From an uncultured delta proteobacterium (GTDB lineage Bacteria; Desulfobacterota; Binatia; HRBIN30; BPIQ01): 64,000 nt of DNA. The notes beneath the pieces were generated by a model. That model had not been told where the DNA came from. It searched no databases and saw only the letters and a list, made by a program, of their open reading frames with translations. The stretch is from NCBI GenBank assembly GCA_963761335.1, contig CAVXGR010000017.1, positions 160,001 through 224,000 on the forward strand, read 5' to 3'. Shown piece after piece: positions 41,101-48,769 of this stretch; position 1 is the stretch's first letter; each line of letters begins with the position of its first letter. The translations under genes were made by a program, and so were the position numbers.

Positions 41101-41895
41101 GATCCCGGCGAACCTCGCCGAGGGGAGCGGCCGCGGAACCAAGAAGGACTTTCTGAACTTCGTCCGCATCGCGCAGGGCAGCCTGCGAGAGCTGGAGACC
41201 TATCTGATGCTGCTGCCGGGGATCGATCTCGCAAGCTCTCAATCGATAGATCCGCTTCTGGCCCGAGCGGACTCGATTGCCCGACTCCTGAACCGCCTGA
41301 TCACCTCTCTCGCCGAAAACAGATGACACCTAACAACCCAACAACCAACAACCTAACAACCAGCGATTTACCACCAGCAGTCGCGAATCTTCCCGGGTGC
41401 CCTCTCCCCCCAATGTCCCCCCTCGACAGGACGCTCGCCGACTATCGGGGCACGGGAATGACCGTCGGTCCGCACGTCATGACCTATCTGCGCGACGAGC
41501 TGCGCCGCGCCGGCGTGCTCTCGGCACGCCAGCTCGGGCGCGCCGGCAACGGCCGTTGGGTGAAGATCGCCGGCCTGGTGATCGTGCGCCAGCGGCCGGG
41601 CACGGCGCGGGGTTTCTGCTTTCTCACTCTCGAGGACGAGACCGGCACCGCCAACGCCGTGGTCACGCCCGACATGTTCCACCAGCACCGCACCGAGATC
41701 CACACCTCGGCGCTGTTGCAGGTCGAAGGGCCGCTACAGCGCGTCGAGGGCGTCACCCACGTCCGCGCCCGCCGCTTTCGCCCCCTCGCCATTCCCAAGC
41801 ATCTCGTGCAACAGCGCGGCGCCAGCGGCTATCGCCTGCGCCTCACCGCCGACGACGAGGGCGAGGACCTTCCCGACTCCCACGATTATCGATGA
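38161..41895 (+). CDS. dnaE2: Error-prone DNA polymerase DnaE2 (ImuC) with in-frame repeat insertions and a nested gene
   Basis: YTELRTHSAFSFLEG PHP start, GRGSAANS, PDIDID, QVESRAQM, YGFPESHAASF, OB-fold RQRPGTARG, C-terminal SHDYR (SRDF-like). Confidence 0.93.
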   Translation: MYTELRTHSAFSFLEGASLPEDLVARAAELGCAVIALGDRDGLYGAPRFHKAAQAAGLRAIVACDLQLRPTTNNPTTNNPTTNNLYLLVSTRTGYRNLCRLLTQAKRRAAKGEPAATWDDLEGHTDGLLCLAGGAHSPLAAPLRQGDDEEVRRRLRRLQRLFGSRLYLDVQRHFDPEEERLGRAYVALARAGDLRLVATNDVRHARPEGRPLLDVLTCIRHKTNLDSAGRRLQRNAERHLKSPRQMAALFRDLPEAVANSERLAEECEFTLDDLGYRFPDFPLPPGETPIGHLRRLTGEGARWRYGTISPRVRRQLEHELAVIEKLELAGYFLIVWDIVRYCRERGILAQGRGSAANSAVCYALGITAVDAVGMDLLFERFLSEERGEWPDIDIDLPSGDRREEVIQYVYRRYGERGAAMTANVITYRTRSAVREVGKALGFSLDQVDRLAKLLRRFEFRDGDDELATQLAAGGVDPQTPRVRLLVDLVGRIQNLPRHLGQHSGGMVIAAGRLDEVVPLEPASMPGRVVVQWDKDDCADLGIIKVDLLGLGMMAVLEDAIPLVRQHEGIDLDLAKLPADDPKVYRMLQEADTIGVFQVESRAQMATLPRMRPERFYDLVVEVAIIRPGPIVGQMVHPYLARRAGRAPVLYPHPSLEPILARTLGVPLFQEQLLRMAMVAAGFSGGEAEELRRAMGFKRSMARMAAIETRLRQGMARNGITGAAADDIVRGITSFALYGFPESHAASFALIAYASAYLKAHHPAAFYCALLNNFPMGFYHPATLVKDAQRHGVRVLPVDVMRSAWQCGVEGEQVVGLLGCYVVREESGPTTNNPTTNNLLSLRLGYRYVRGLREEAGKRIEEERARAPFESIEDIAYRCQLRDDELATLAEIGAFAAFGKSRREAMWQLSALPRGPLFERSCGKENVSRRRYGPSEGSIIPRTSGVATVNAARPRLLLSDARASPGRKIWAGPADSPGSHIDPGEPRRGERPRNQEGLSELRPHRAGQPARAGDLSDAAAGDRSRKLSIDRSASGPSGLDCPTPEPPDHLSRRKQMTPNNPTTNNLTTSDLPPAVANLPGCPLPPMSPLDRTLADYRGTGMTVGPHVMTYLRDELRRAGVLSARQLGRAGNGRWVKIAGLVIVRQRPGTARGFCFLTLEDETGTANAVVTPDMFHQHRTEIHTSALLQVEGPLQRVEGVTHVRARRFRPLAIPKHLVQQRGASGYRLRLTADDEGEDLPDSHDYR
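38368..38414 (+). repeat. Three 15-nt units CCAACAACCAACAAC (PTTNN x3) inside dnaE2
   Basis: Direct reading of the sequence; frame preserved. Confidence 0.92.
40594..40673. repeat. In-frame GGTTGTT/AACAACC hairpin inside dnaE2
   Basis: Translates as QVVGLLGCYVVREESGPTTNNPTTNNL between WQCGVE and LRLG. Confidence 0.9.
40952..41326 (+). CDS. Four-helix-bundle protein (23S rRNA IVP-like family) nested in the +1 frame of dnaE2
   Basis: [70 protein letters not shown] at 40941-40947. Confidence 0.9.
   Translation: [124 protein letters not shown]
41328..41362 (+). repeat. AACAACC-unit array directly after the nested gene stop
   Basis: ACCTAACAACCCAACAACCAACAACCTAACAACCA. Confidence 0.88.
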
Positions 41896-41910
41896 GGAGA
41901 TGGGGGCGGC

Positions 41911-42063
41911 GCATTCCCCGTTCTCATCCCCGGTTCTCATCCCGTCGTTTTCCATTGGCTCTGACAGGTGCGGTCTACCCCCGCGGCTGATCGATCTCTC
42001 GCGCGGACTCGCAGAACAATGGAAGACGACGGGACGAGAACCGGGGATGAGAATGGAAAATGC
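41911..42063. repeat. MITE-like element, second copy of the 30298 family
   Basis: Same terminal inverted arms with a shorter, different interior. Confidence 0.8.
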
Positions 42064-42114
42064 CGGAGAAGATCTGCACTCTCCCGCGTCTTCTCGTGCT
42101 GCGAATTCTGCAGG

Positions 42115-42154
42115 CTCCAAATGCGGAATCCGCACTCCAAATGCGGAATCCGCA
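42115..42154 (+). repeat. Two tandem 20-nt units CTCCAAATGCGGAATCCGCA
   Basis: Exact duplication; each unit contains a small TGCGGA/TCCGCA hairpin. Confidence 0.75.
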
Positions 42155-42282
42155 ATGGACGCGCGCCAACCCTTGCCGCGCCGGAATCCAGGGGCGCTCC
42201 CTTGCCGGGCACACCCATTGCTGCCAATTTCGGGGCAAACCACAATCTGCACACGGGTGACAAGGAGCAAAAAGGGGGAGCC

Positions 42283-44031
42283 ATGAAGTCTCGTGTCAAC
42301 TTTACGCCTTGGGCCGTGTCGATCGTCGCCGCGGCGTTGCTCGCCGCCACCGCCGCGCCGGCGGCCGCGGCCCTGAGCAAGGAGGACAGCCTGTGCCGCA
42401 GATATCTCGGCACCAGGGTCCGGGTGCTGGCCGACACCGTCGTGAACGAGGGCCGCAAGTGCAACCGCGATCGCTCGCGAGGCCGCCTCGATCCGTCCGT
42501 CGACTGCAACGATCCGGACAGCCCCACCTTTCCTGGGGTCGCCAAGGTTGCGCGCGCCGCCGACAAGGTTGCCGATATCGCCGCCAAGAAGTGCAGCAGC
42601 GGCGTCTCGACGCCATCTGCCAACGGCTATGCATCCTGTCCCACGCCCTGCGACACGGCGGTACCGGCGATCGCGAGCTATGACGACGTCGCCGCGTGCC
42701 TGGTCTGCCTCGCCAAGCACGAGGCCAGCGCCGCACTGGACGCGGCCTACGGAATGGATCCCGCGATCCAGGCCGACACGGGCGACTCCTGGAGATGCCA
42801 GAACAGCTATATCGGGCCGGCGATTCGCAGCTACATCAAGAAACGCATCATCGAGCAGCAGAAGTGCCAGTACAAGGAGGACCGGGGGAGCATCGACTCG
42901 CTCGACTGCCAGACGGCCGACCTCTCCGGGGCGATCGGCAAGAAGCTGGCCAAGCTGCAATCCAAGGTGGACAAGTGCAGCGATCAGGACCTCGCCGCGC
43001 TCACCTCCTGCTCGGCGACCTCGACGACGGATGAGCTCTCCTGCCTATCGAATGCTGCCGTGGCCATGGCCGACGCCCTCTTCACCGACGTCTACCCCGA
43101 GCCGAGCACGCCGGTGAGCGATTGCGCCGCCGACAACTTGCTCGACGTCAGCGGCGCCCCGGGTCCGGGGACCGGCGGCGGCGTGGTCGGCAACCCGGTT
43201 CCCCAGGTATCGGGCTCCTGCGACGGCACCACCGTGACCGTCCACAGCAACGGCATTCCCACCTACCAGTACATCAACATCACACCCAACGGCCTGCAGG
43301 AAAAGAGCTACAGCTTCACCTTCCCGCAGTTTCCGGCGGTGGCGGCGAGTCCGACCAACGTGCCGCTGCTCGGCACCATGGGCGTGGCCGTGAACGGTGT
43401 TCCCCTCTTCGGCGTCAACGAGGGCCCGCAGCCCGCTTCGGATGCGTATGGGGACCCGGCGGCCGCCATGATCCTCGACGAGTGCGGCAGCCACTCGGCG
43501 CAGCAGGGGACGTTTCACATTCACAAGATCGAGACGAAGTGCCTGCTGCAGAGCGAGGTGACGTCCTTTCAGCCGTGGAACGATCCGGACCCATCGCCCA
43601 GTGAGCCCTCGCCCATCGTCGGCTACGCCTTCGATGGCTTTCCCATCTACGGGCCCTACGAGTGCACCGATGCGAGCTGCACATCGGTCCAGGAGATGCG
43701 CAGCGCCTGGGACAGCACCAACTACGAGGCGGGAACCGTTGGCTGCGCCTCGAGCGCCGCCTGCTCGAACGGGTACTGTGCCGACGTGATGATCAATGGC
43801 ACGCAGACGACCGCCTGCGTGCCGCGCACCTGCGTTTGGTCCAACAACGCCTACACCGCCAAGGCCGGCTCGCAGTACCTCGACCAGTGCAATGGTCACG
43901 TGGGCCCGAACGGCGACTATCACTACCACGCCACCGCGACCTTCCCGTACATCCTCGGGTGCTATCGCGGCACGCCCACCAACAACGGCGGCATGGGTGT
44001 CCAGCCGGGCGGCAGCTGCCCGACCAACTGA
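42283..44031 (+). CDS. Secreted Cys-rich YHYH-domain protein
   Basis: Signal peptide; GVAVNGVP, GYAFDGFPIYGPY, LDQCNGH..DYHYHAT..FPYILGCYRG. Confidence 0.85.
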   Translation: MKSRVNFTPWAVSIVAAALLAATAAPAAAALSKEDSLCRRYLGTRVRVLADTVVNEGRKCNRDRSRGRLDPSVDCNDPDSPTFPGVAKVARAADKVADIAAKKCSSGVSTPSANGYASCPTPCDTAVPAIASYDDVAACLVCLAKHEASAALDAAYGMDPAIQADTGDSWRCQNSYIGPAIRSYIKKRIIEQQKCQYKEDRGSIDSLDCQTADLSGAIGKKLAKLQSKVDKCSDQDLAALTSCSATSTTDELSCLSNAAVAMADALFTDVYPEPSTPVSDCAADNLLDVSGAPGPGTGGGVVGNPVPQVSGSCDGTTVTVHSNGIPTYQYINITPNGLQEKSYSFTFPQFPAVAASPTNVPLLGTMGVAVNGVPLFGVNEGPQPASDAYGDPAAAMILDECGSHSAQQGTFHIHKIETKCLLQSEVTSFQPWNDPDPSPSEPSPIVGYAFDGFPIYGPYECTDASCTSVQEMRSAWDSTNYEAGTVGCASSAACSNGYCADVMINGTQTTACVPRTCVWSNNAYTAKAGSQYLDQCNGHVGPNGDYHYHATATFPYILGCYRGTPTNNGGMGVQPGGSCPTN

Positions 44032-44070
44032 GGGGACCGGAGGGAAGTGTCCTTTTCGGCGCAAGAAGGA

Positions 44071-44232
44071 GGGGACTGGCTCCTTTTCGGCGCGAGAATG
44101 CTTCAGTGAACGCTTTGGCCCTCGCCGAAAGGGTGCCTGTCCCCGGTCGTTCGCGCCGGCGGGGACAGGCAACCTTTGCGTGTGACGCCGTTCTCCTCAT
44201 GAGATTGCGATGGGCAAAAGTAGCCTGTCCCC
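44071..44232. repeat. Cluster of two GGGGAC...GTCCCC REP-like palindromes
   Basis: 44071-44143 matches the 8377 type; 44161-44232 matches the 35335 type. Confidence 0.78.
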
Positions 44233-45059
44233 TTTTGCTCGCTGTCCCCTTGCTGCTCGCCGGCTGCCAGCGTTCTACCGGCCATGAGGCACCGAGCGCC
44301 CACGACGTGCACTATCGCCTCGACTGGGTCTGGGACGACGCCGTCAAGATCCCCGGCGGCTGGGAGGTCAGCAATGATCGCGGCTATCGCGTTCGCGTCA
44401 GGCGCGGCTACCTGACCAGCTACAGCATGGAGCTGGTGGAGTGCCCGAAGACCCCCGCCGTATCGCCCGTGGCGAATCTCGGCGCCTCGCTCTGGTCTTT
44501 CGTCGAGGGAGCCGCCTACGCCGGACATGCCACGGGTACGCCGAATCCGGCGGCGATTCATCCGATGCAGGTGGAGTCCCTCACCGCGCCGGCGGCCGTC
44601 GAGGTGGGAATGGTGCGGCTGCTGCCGCAGGCGTACTGCAAGCTCCACTACCTGGTTGCGGGGGCGGGGCGCGGCGCTCCCGGCCTGCCGGCTGATGTCG
44701 ACATGCTCGGCGTCAGCCTGCACGTCGACGGGACATATCGAGCGCCGGGTAGCTCGGCGGACGTGCCGTTCTCCATCCATACGGGCTCCGCAAACGGGGC
44801 GCTCTTCGAGCATACCGTCGGTTCCCATGCGGCGATTCACCTCGACGTCGGCCGTACGGGGGCAATCGTCACGGTGCGCCGGCACCTCGGCTCGCTCTTC
44901 GACGGCGTGGATTTCGCCGCGATGAACGATCGCCGGGTCGCCGGTCAAGTGCTGCAGTCGATCGTCGACAACGCCGAGCTCGAGATCCAGGAGTCGGTAG
45001 TGGGGGATTTTGAAATGAAACGCGGTCAACTTCGATCCACAACAACCCCGTTGAGTTGA
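44199..45059 (+). CDS. Putative lipoprotein of unknown function (possibly metal-binding)
   Basis: Lipobox LAGC; AYAGH, YCKLHY, LFDGVDF; lies between YHYH and cytochrome c genes. Confidence 0.6.
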   Translation: MRLRWAKVACPLLLAVPLLLAGCQRSTGHEAPSAHDVHYRLDWVWDDAVKIPGGWEVSNDRGYRVRVRRGYLTSYSMELVECPKTPAVSPVANLGASLWSFVEGAAYAGHATGTPNPAAIHPMQVESLTAPAAVEVGMVRLLPQAYCKLHYLVAGAGRGAPGLPADVDMLGVSLHVDGTYRAPGSSADVPFSIHTGSANGALFEHTVGSHAAIHLDVGRTGAIVTVRRHLGSLFDGVDFAAMNDRRVAGQVLQSIVDNAELEIQESVVGDFEMKRGQLRSTTTPLS

Positions 45060-45108
45060 ACCCCGACTTCCCGAGGTTGCATCTGTGGCCGAGAGCTCGG
45101 AGATCATT

Positions 45109-45328
45109 CGCCCCGGAGGGGCGCGGGCTTGTAGCCCCGGGTCGGAGACCCGGGGATCCCGAAGTCGACGTCCGTTGGCGCCCCGTCAGGGGCGCGGGCG
45201 CGGTTTTGACATAGGCCTCTGCACCCCGGCTCGCACGCCTGCGCCCCTGGCGGGGAGCATCGGGGAAGGCGGACCCGGGATCCCCGGGTCTCCGACCCGG
45301 GGCTACATGCCTGCGCCGCTTCGCGGCG
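45109..45328. repeat. REPIN/MITE-like multi-hairpin element (GCCCCNNAGGGGC..TAGCCCCGGG family)
   Basis: Nested inverted hairpins GTAGCCCCGGGTCGGAGACCCGGGG / CCCCGGGTCTCCGACCCGGGGCTAC. Confidence 0.8.
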
Positions 45329-45428
45329 CGATCCCCCAGCCCAAGCTAGGTCGTGGGGGGTTTGATTGGTAAGGAGATTTTGAAACGAAACGCGGTGATC
45401 TCAAGATCCGCCACTACTCAGGAGTCCG

Positions 45429-46352
45429 ATGAAAATGGGTGAACGCGCTCTCTGGCTGGCGGTGATCCTGGTGCTCCTCGGTGTCCTCGCGAGCGGACGC
45501 GCGGCCCGATCGCCGGCGCCGTCTCGATCGGATTCCGCCGTCCGCCCACGCCCCCAGCCCGGTGTGCGATTGACGATGGCCGAGCTGCACCAGCAGGGAG
45601 GCGTCCCCCTGGGATGGCAGATGACCCTGCCTCCCGGCGACCCGAGGGCGGGACGGCAGGACTTCATCGACTTCGGCTGCCCCTCGTGCCATCGCATCGG
45701 CGGCGAGACGTTCGCCGGTGCCGACCTCGGACCCGACCTGAGCGGCATGGGGAGCCATCACCCACCCGCGTACTTCGCCGAAGCGATCCTCAATCCCGAC
45801 GCGGTGCTGATCGACGGCCCGGGCTACGTCGGCAACGACGGCCGCTCGACCATGCCGGCGTATCCGGACATGGCCACCGGGCAGCTGAGCGATATCGTCA
45901 CTTACCTCGCCGCACAGACACAGGGCGGCATGCAGAGCAGCCACATGATGGGACCGCTGGCGCTGACCGTTCCGGTGAACATGTCGATGGTGGATCTCAC
46001 CAATCGACCGGAGCCGGGGCCCGGCGCCGCGCACGCCTTCTTCGCACAGACCTACGACGTGCTGCCGGGCCGGCTCGCTGCATTCGAGAGCTGGTTCGCC
46101 GGCGAGGGCCGACAGCGCTTTCTTGAGCTTGGCGGCCTGCTGGGCATCGACACCTTCGTCGATGCGGCGCGGCCGCGCGGCGCCGTGACCACCCTGTTCG
46201 AGTTTCGCGACGAGGCGGCTCTGCGGAATTTCATGGGAGACCCGGCCACCGCGGACCTGTGGACGCGCTTTGACGCCTTCGTCGGCCCGCACGGCCATTT
46301 CGCCGCCGACCAACCTCTCGTTTACCGCGCCCCGGGCCTGTCGTCGGAGTAG
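45429..46352 (+). CDS. Mono-heme cytochrome c, paralog of 25926-26885
   Basis: TMAELHQQGG, CPSCH, GPDLSGMGSHHPPAYF, MPAYPDM. Confidence 0.78.
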   Translation: MKMGERALWLAVILVLLGVLASGRAARSPAPSRSDSAVRPRPQPGVRLTMAELHQQGGVPLGWQMTLPPGDPRAGRQDFIDFGCPSCHRIGGETFAGADLGPDLSGMGSHHPPAYFAEAILNPDAVLIDGPGYVGNDGRSTMPAYPDMATGQLSDIVTYLAAQTQGGMQSSHMMGPLALTVPVNMSMVDLTNRPEPGPGAAHAFFAQTYDVLPGRLAAFESWFAGEGRQRFLELGGLLGIDTFVDAARPRGAVTTLFEFRDEAALRNFMGDPATADLWTRFDAFVGPHGHFAADQPLVYRAPGLSSE

Positions 46353-46407
46353 AGACGAGTGTGGACGGCGCCTTCAACGCCTGCGCCGGCGCCGGTATTT
46401 TCCGGAC

Positions 46408-46998
46408 ATGGGAGCCGCGGCGGAAATCGATTCGGACCGGGCGCGACCGCTGACCATCGCCGGCACGGTGATCGCGGTGAGCCGCAGCGAGGCGCACGCG
46501 ATGAGCAAGGGGAACGAGGACTGCATCCGTCTGCTCGCCGGGCTCGGTGTCGAGGGCGATGCGCACCTTGGCGAGACGGTACAGCACCGCTCCCGGGTGG
46601 CGCGCGATCCGAGTCAGCCGAACCTGCGCCAGGTGCATCTGCTGCACGCCGAGCTTCACGATCAGCTGCGTTCCGCCGGCTTCGAGGTGTACCCCGGTCA
46701 GATCGGTGAGAACATCACCACGCGCGGCATCGATCTCCTCGGGCTGCCATGCGGCGCGCGGCTGCACCTGGGCGCCAGCGCCATCGTCGAGGTGACCGGC
46801 TTGCGCAATCCGTGTGTGCAGCTGGACGGGATTCAACCCGGGCTGATGGCGGCTACCCTGGACCGAGACGAGCAGGGAAACCTCATTCGCAAGGCCGGCG
46901 TCATGGGAATCGTTCTGGCCGGAGGCGTGGTCAGAGCCGGCGACCCAGTTCGGGTCGACCTGCCGCCGCCGCCGCGCCGGCCGCTATCGCCGGTCTGA
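46408..46998 (+). CDS. MOSC domain protein
   Basis: GVEGDAH, RQVHL, GENITTRG, GLRNPCVQL, GGVVRAGD. Confidence 0.88.
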   Translation: MGAAAEIDSDRARPLTIAGTVIAVSRSEAHAMSKGNEDCIRLLAGLGVEGDAHLGETVQHRSRVARDPSQPNLRQVHLLHAELHDQLRSAGFEVYPGQIGENITTRGIDLLGLPCGARLHLGASAIVEVTGLRNPCVQLDGIQPGLMAATLDRDEQGNLIRKAGVMGIVLAGGVVRAGDPVRVDLPPPPRRPLSPV

Positions 46999-47249
46999 GC
47001 TCAGGCCGAGCCGATCGGCGGCCCACCGCTCGATGGTCTTTCGCGTCCATACTTGCTGCTGCGTTCGAGCTGCCGGAACAGAATACGCCGTCCGCAACTC
47101 GATCGTCCGACGAAATGGTCACATTCAGTGATCTGCTCGTTGAGCCACCCGAGCCCAGTCCGGCACGAAACCTCGCCTGGACTCCGGGATTTGTTGTCGG
47201 CGCTGAGTGAGCCAGCACTAGCCTCAATGCCGCTTAGATAAGCCCGAGA

Positions 47250-47455
47250 GCCCCGAAGGGGCAAAATTCATCAGCCCAGGGCAACGCCCTGGGTTTGGTA
47301 TTCGGAAACGGAAACGTGAGCCCTGAAGGGGTGAGATTCGTCCGGCGGTTTCAGGGAATTGCGCCCCTTCAGGGCTCGACGGTATTTGCATCCGTATTCC
47401 CAGGGCGTTGCCTAGGGCGTTGCCCTGGGCTGGCGAGTTATTGCCCCTTCGGGGC
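47250..47455. repeat. REPIN/MITE-like element (GCCCCGAAGGGGC..AGCCCAGGGCAACGCCCTGGG)
   Basis: Symmetrical nested hairpins ending GCCCCTTCGGGGC. Confidence 0.8.
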
Positions 47456-47676
47456 GAGATCCCTCCTCCCATTACTCTGCATTGGCACCAGCCTGAGCTT
47501 GACACCCGGGAAACATCTCCACTATCTCCTCCTCACACAGTGGCGCTGGACGCATGATCGAACCAATCGAGCTGCATGGATGCCAATACCCGCTCGAGTG
47601 CAAGTGCGAGTCGGGCCCGCGACCGTGTGCGAACCGCAAGAGACCTACGAGCCACCCCGCAAGCCTCGGCTGCTCT

Positions 47677-47793
47677 CTGCTGGGCCATCGCGACGTCAAG
47701 ACGACGATGATCTACACGTATGTCCTGAACCGAGGCGCGGGCATGGTGTCCAGAGCCCAGCCGACCGACCGCTCGCGGGAGGCTCTGGCGTGA
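47677..47793 (+). pseudogene. intI: Integron integrase C-terminal remnant
   Basis: LLGHRDVKTTMIYTYVLNRG then, after a frameshift, GHGVQSPADR; attC sites downstream. Confidence 0.8.
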
Positions 47794-48175
47794 TAGCCCG
47801 CGCCGCCGCGCAGCGTAGCAATCCTGGCGGCGAGAAGCCGTTGTGAGCCGAGTACCGGATCTGTCAGGAGAGAGTTGCCAATGAGGCCGACACACTCGAA
47901 GGACGTTACGCTGCGGAAGCGCGCGGCATATGCAGCCGCCTTGAAGCGGATCGCCGCAGATCCAGCACATTCGGCCGCAGTGCCAAGCGGCATAGCAACC
48001 CGGTCGACGAAAAGCGATTCCGGATCCAAGCACCCGATTTCCGAAGAGATTCTCGACGTAACGCGGATCAGTCGGACGGCCGCTATGCCGCAGGTTTAGT
48101 GCCCATCAGAAGGTCAATTGTTGTTCGGCGGAACCCGCGTGGTCTGCTACCCTGCCACTACAGGAGGAGCTTGGA

Positions 48176-48409
48176 ATGGATACGCCCTTTGACGAAATCG
48201 TGGCCAGCGCAATGAAGCTGTCTGACAAGGAACGTGCGCGCCTTGCGCAGGAGCTCATCGCCAGCCTGGATGCGGAGATCGAACCGGATGTCGAAGGGCT
48301 CTGGCTCGCCGAGGCAGAGCGTCGCCTCGAAGAGCTGCGGTCGGGCAAGACCCATGGGGTGCCAGCGAAGGAGGCTTTCGCGAAAGCGCGTCGCGCCCTC
48401 CGGCAATGA
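48176..48409 (+). CDS. Putative addiction-module antitoxin
   Basis: LSDKERARLAQELIASLD..WLAEAERR..SGK; ATGA overlap with the toxin. Confidence 0.85.
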   Translation: MDTPFDEIVASAMKLSDKERARLAQELIASLDAEIEPDVEGLWLAEAERRLEELRSGKTHGVPAKEAFAKARRALRQ

Positions 48410-48695
48410 AGGTTGTCTTCCACGAGGAAGCGCTGGACGAAATGTTGGGATCGGCCTCGTATTACGAGGAGAGGGGCTCGGCTGGGATTTTCTGAAGACG
48501 GTGGAACAGACGACGGAACGAATCCTGGCCTTGCCCGAAGCTGGCCCGATCGTACGCGGCACGGTACGAAAGCGACTCGTCGCGGGCTTTCCATTCACGT
48601 TGCTTTACTCCATCGAACCGCGTCAGATCTTCATTGTGGCGGTTGCGCACCAGAGCCGACGCCCCGGCTACTGGCTGAAGCGCGTTCGTCAGTGA
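48406..48695 (+). pseudogene. RelE/ParE-family toxin, frameshifted near 48470
   Basis: MKVVFHEEALDEM..YYEE in one frame, GLGWDF..FPFTLLY..IVAVAHQSRRPGYW in another. Confidence 0.8.
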
Positions 48696-48735
48696 CGGCG
48701 AAAAGAGCGCGCGGCTCATCGCCAAGGCGTTAGCC
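48694..48735 (+). other. Truncated attC (right half only)
   Basis: Resembles the right half of attC 51091-51154 and ends in core GTTAGCC; no inverse core. Confidence 0.6.
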
Positions 48736-48769
48736 TCCTTCGAGCAGCACATGGTAGGTTTGGCCCACG

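Noticed and set aside
40952..41326. Diversity-generating retroelement (Avd-like gene)
   Set aside because: No reverse transcriptase and no template/variable repeat pair differing at adenines in the window
40912..41400. Intein or group I/II intron in dnaE2
   Set aside because: No intein terminal His-Asn followed by Cys/Ser/Thr, no homing endonuclease motifs, no recognisable group II ends; the insert is explained by the +1 frame gene
47000..47670. Short ORFs between the MOSC gene and the intI remnant
   Set aside because: No recognisable motifs or ribosome-binding sites; partly overlap a REPIN
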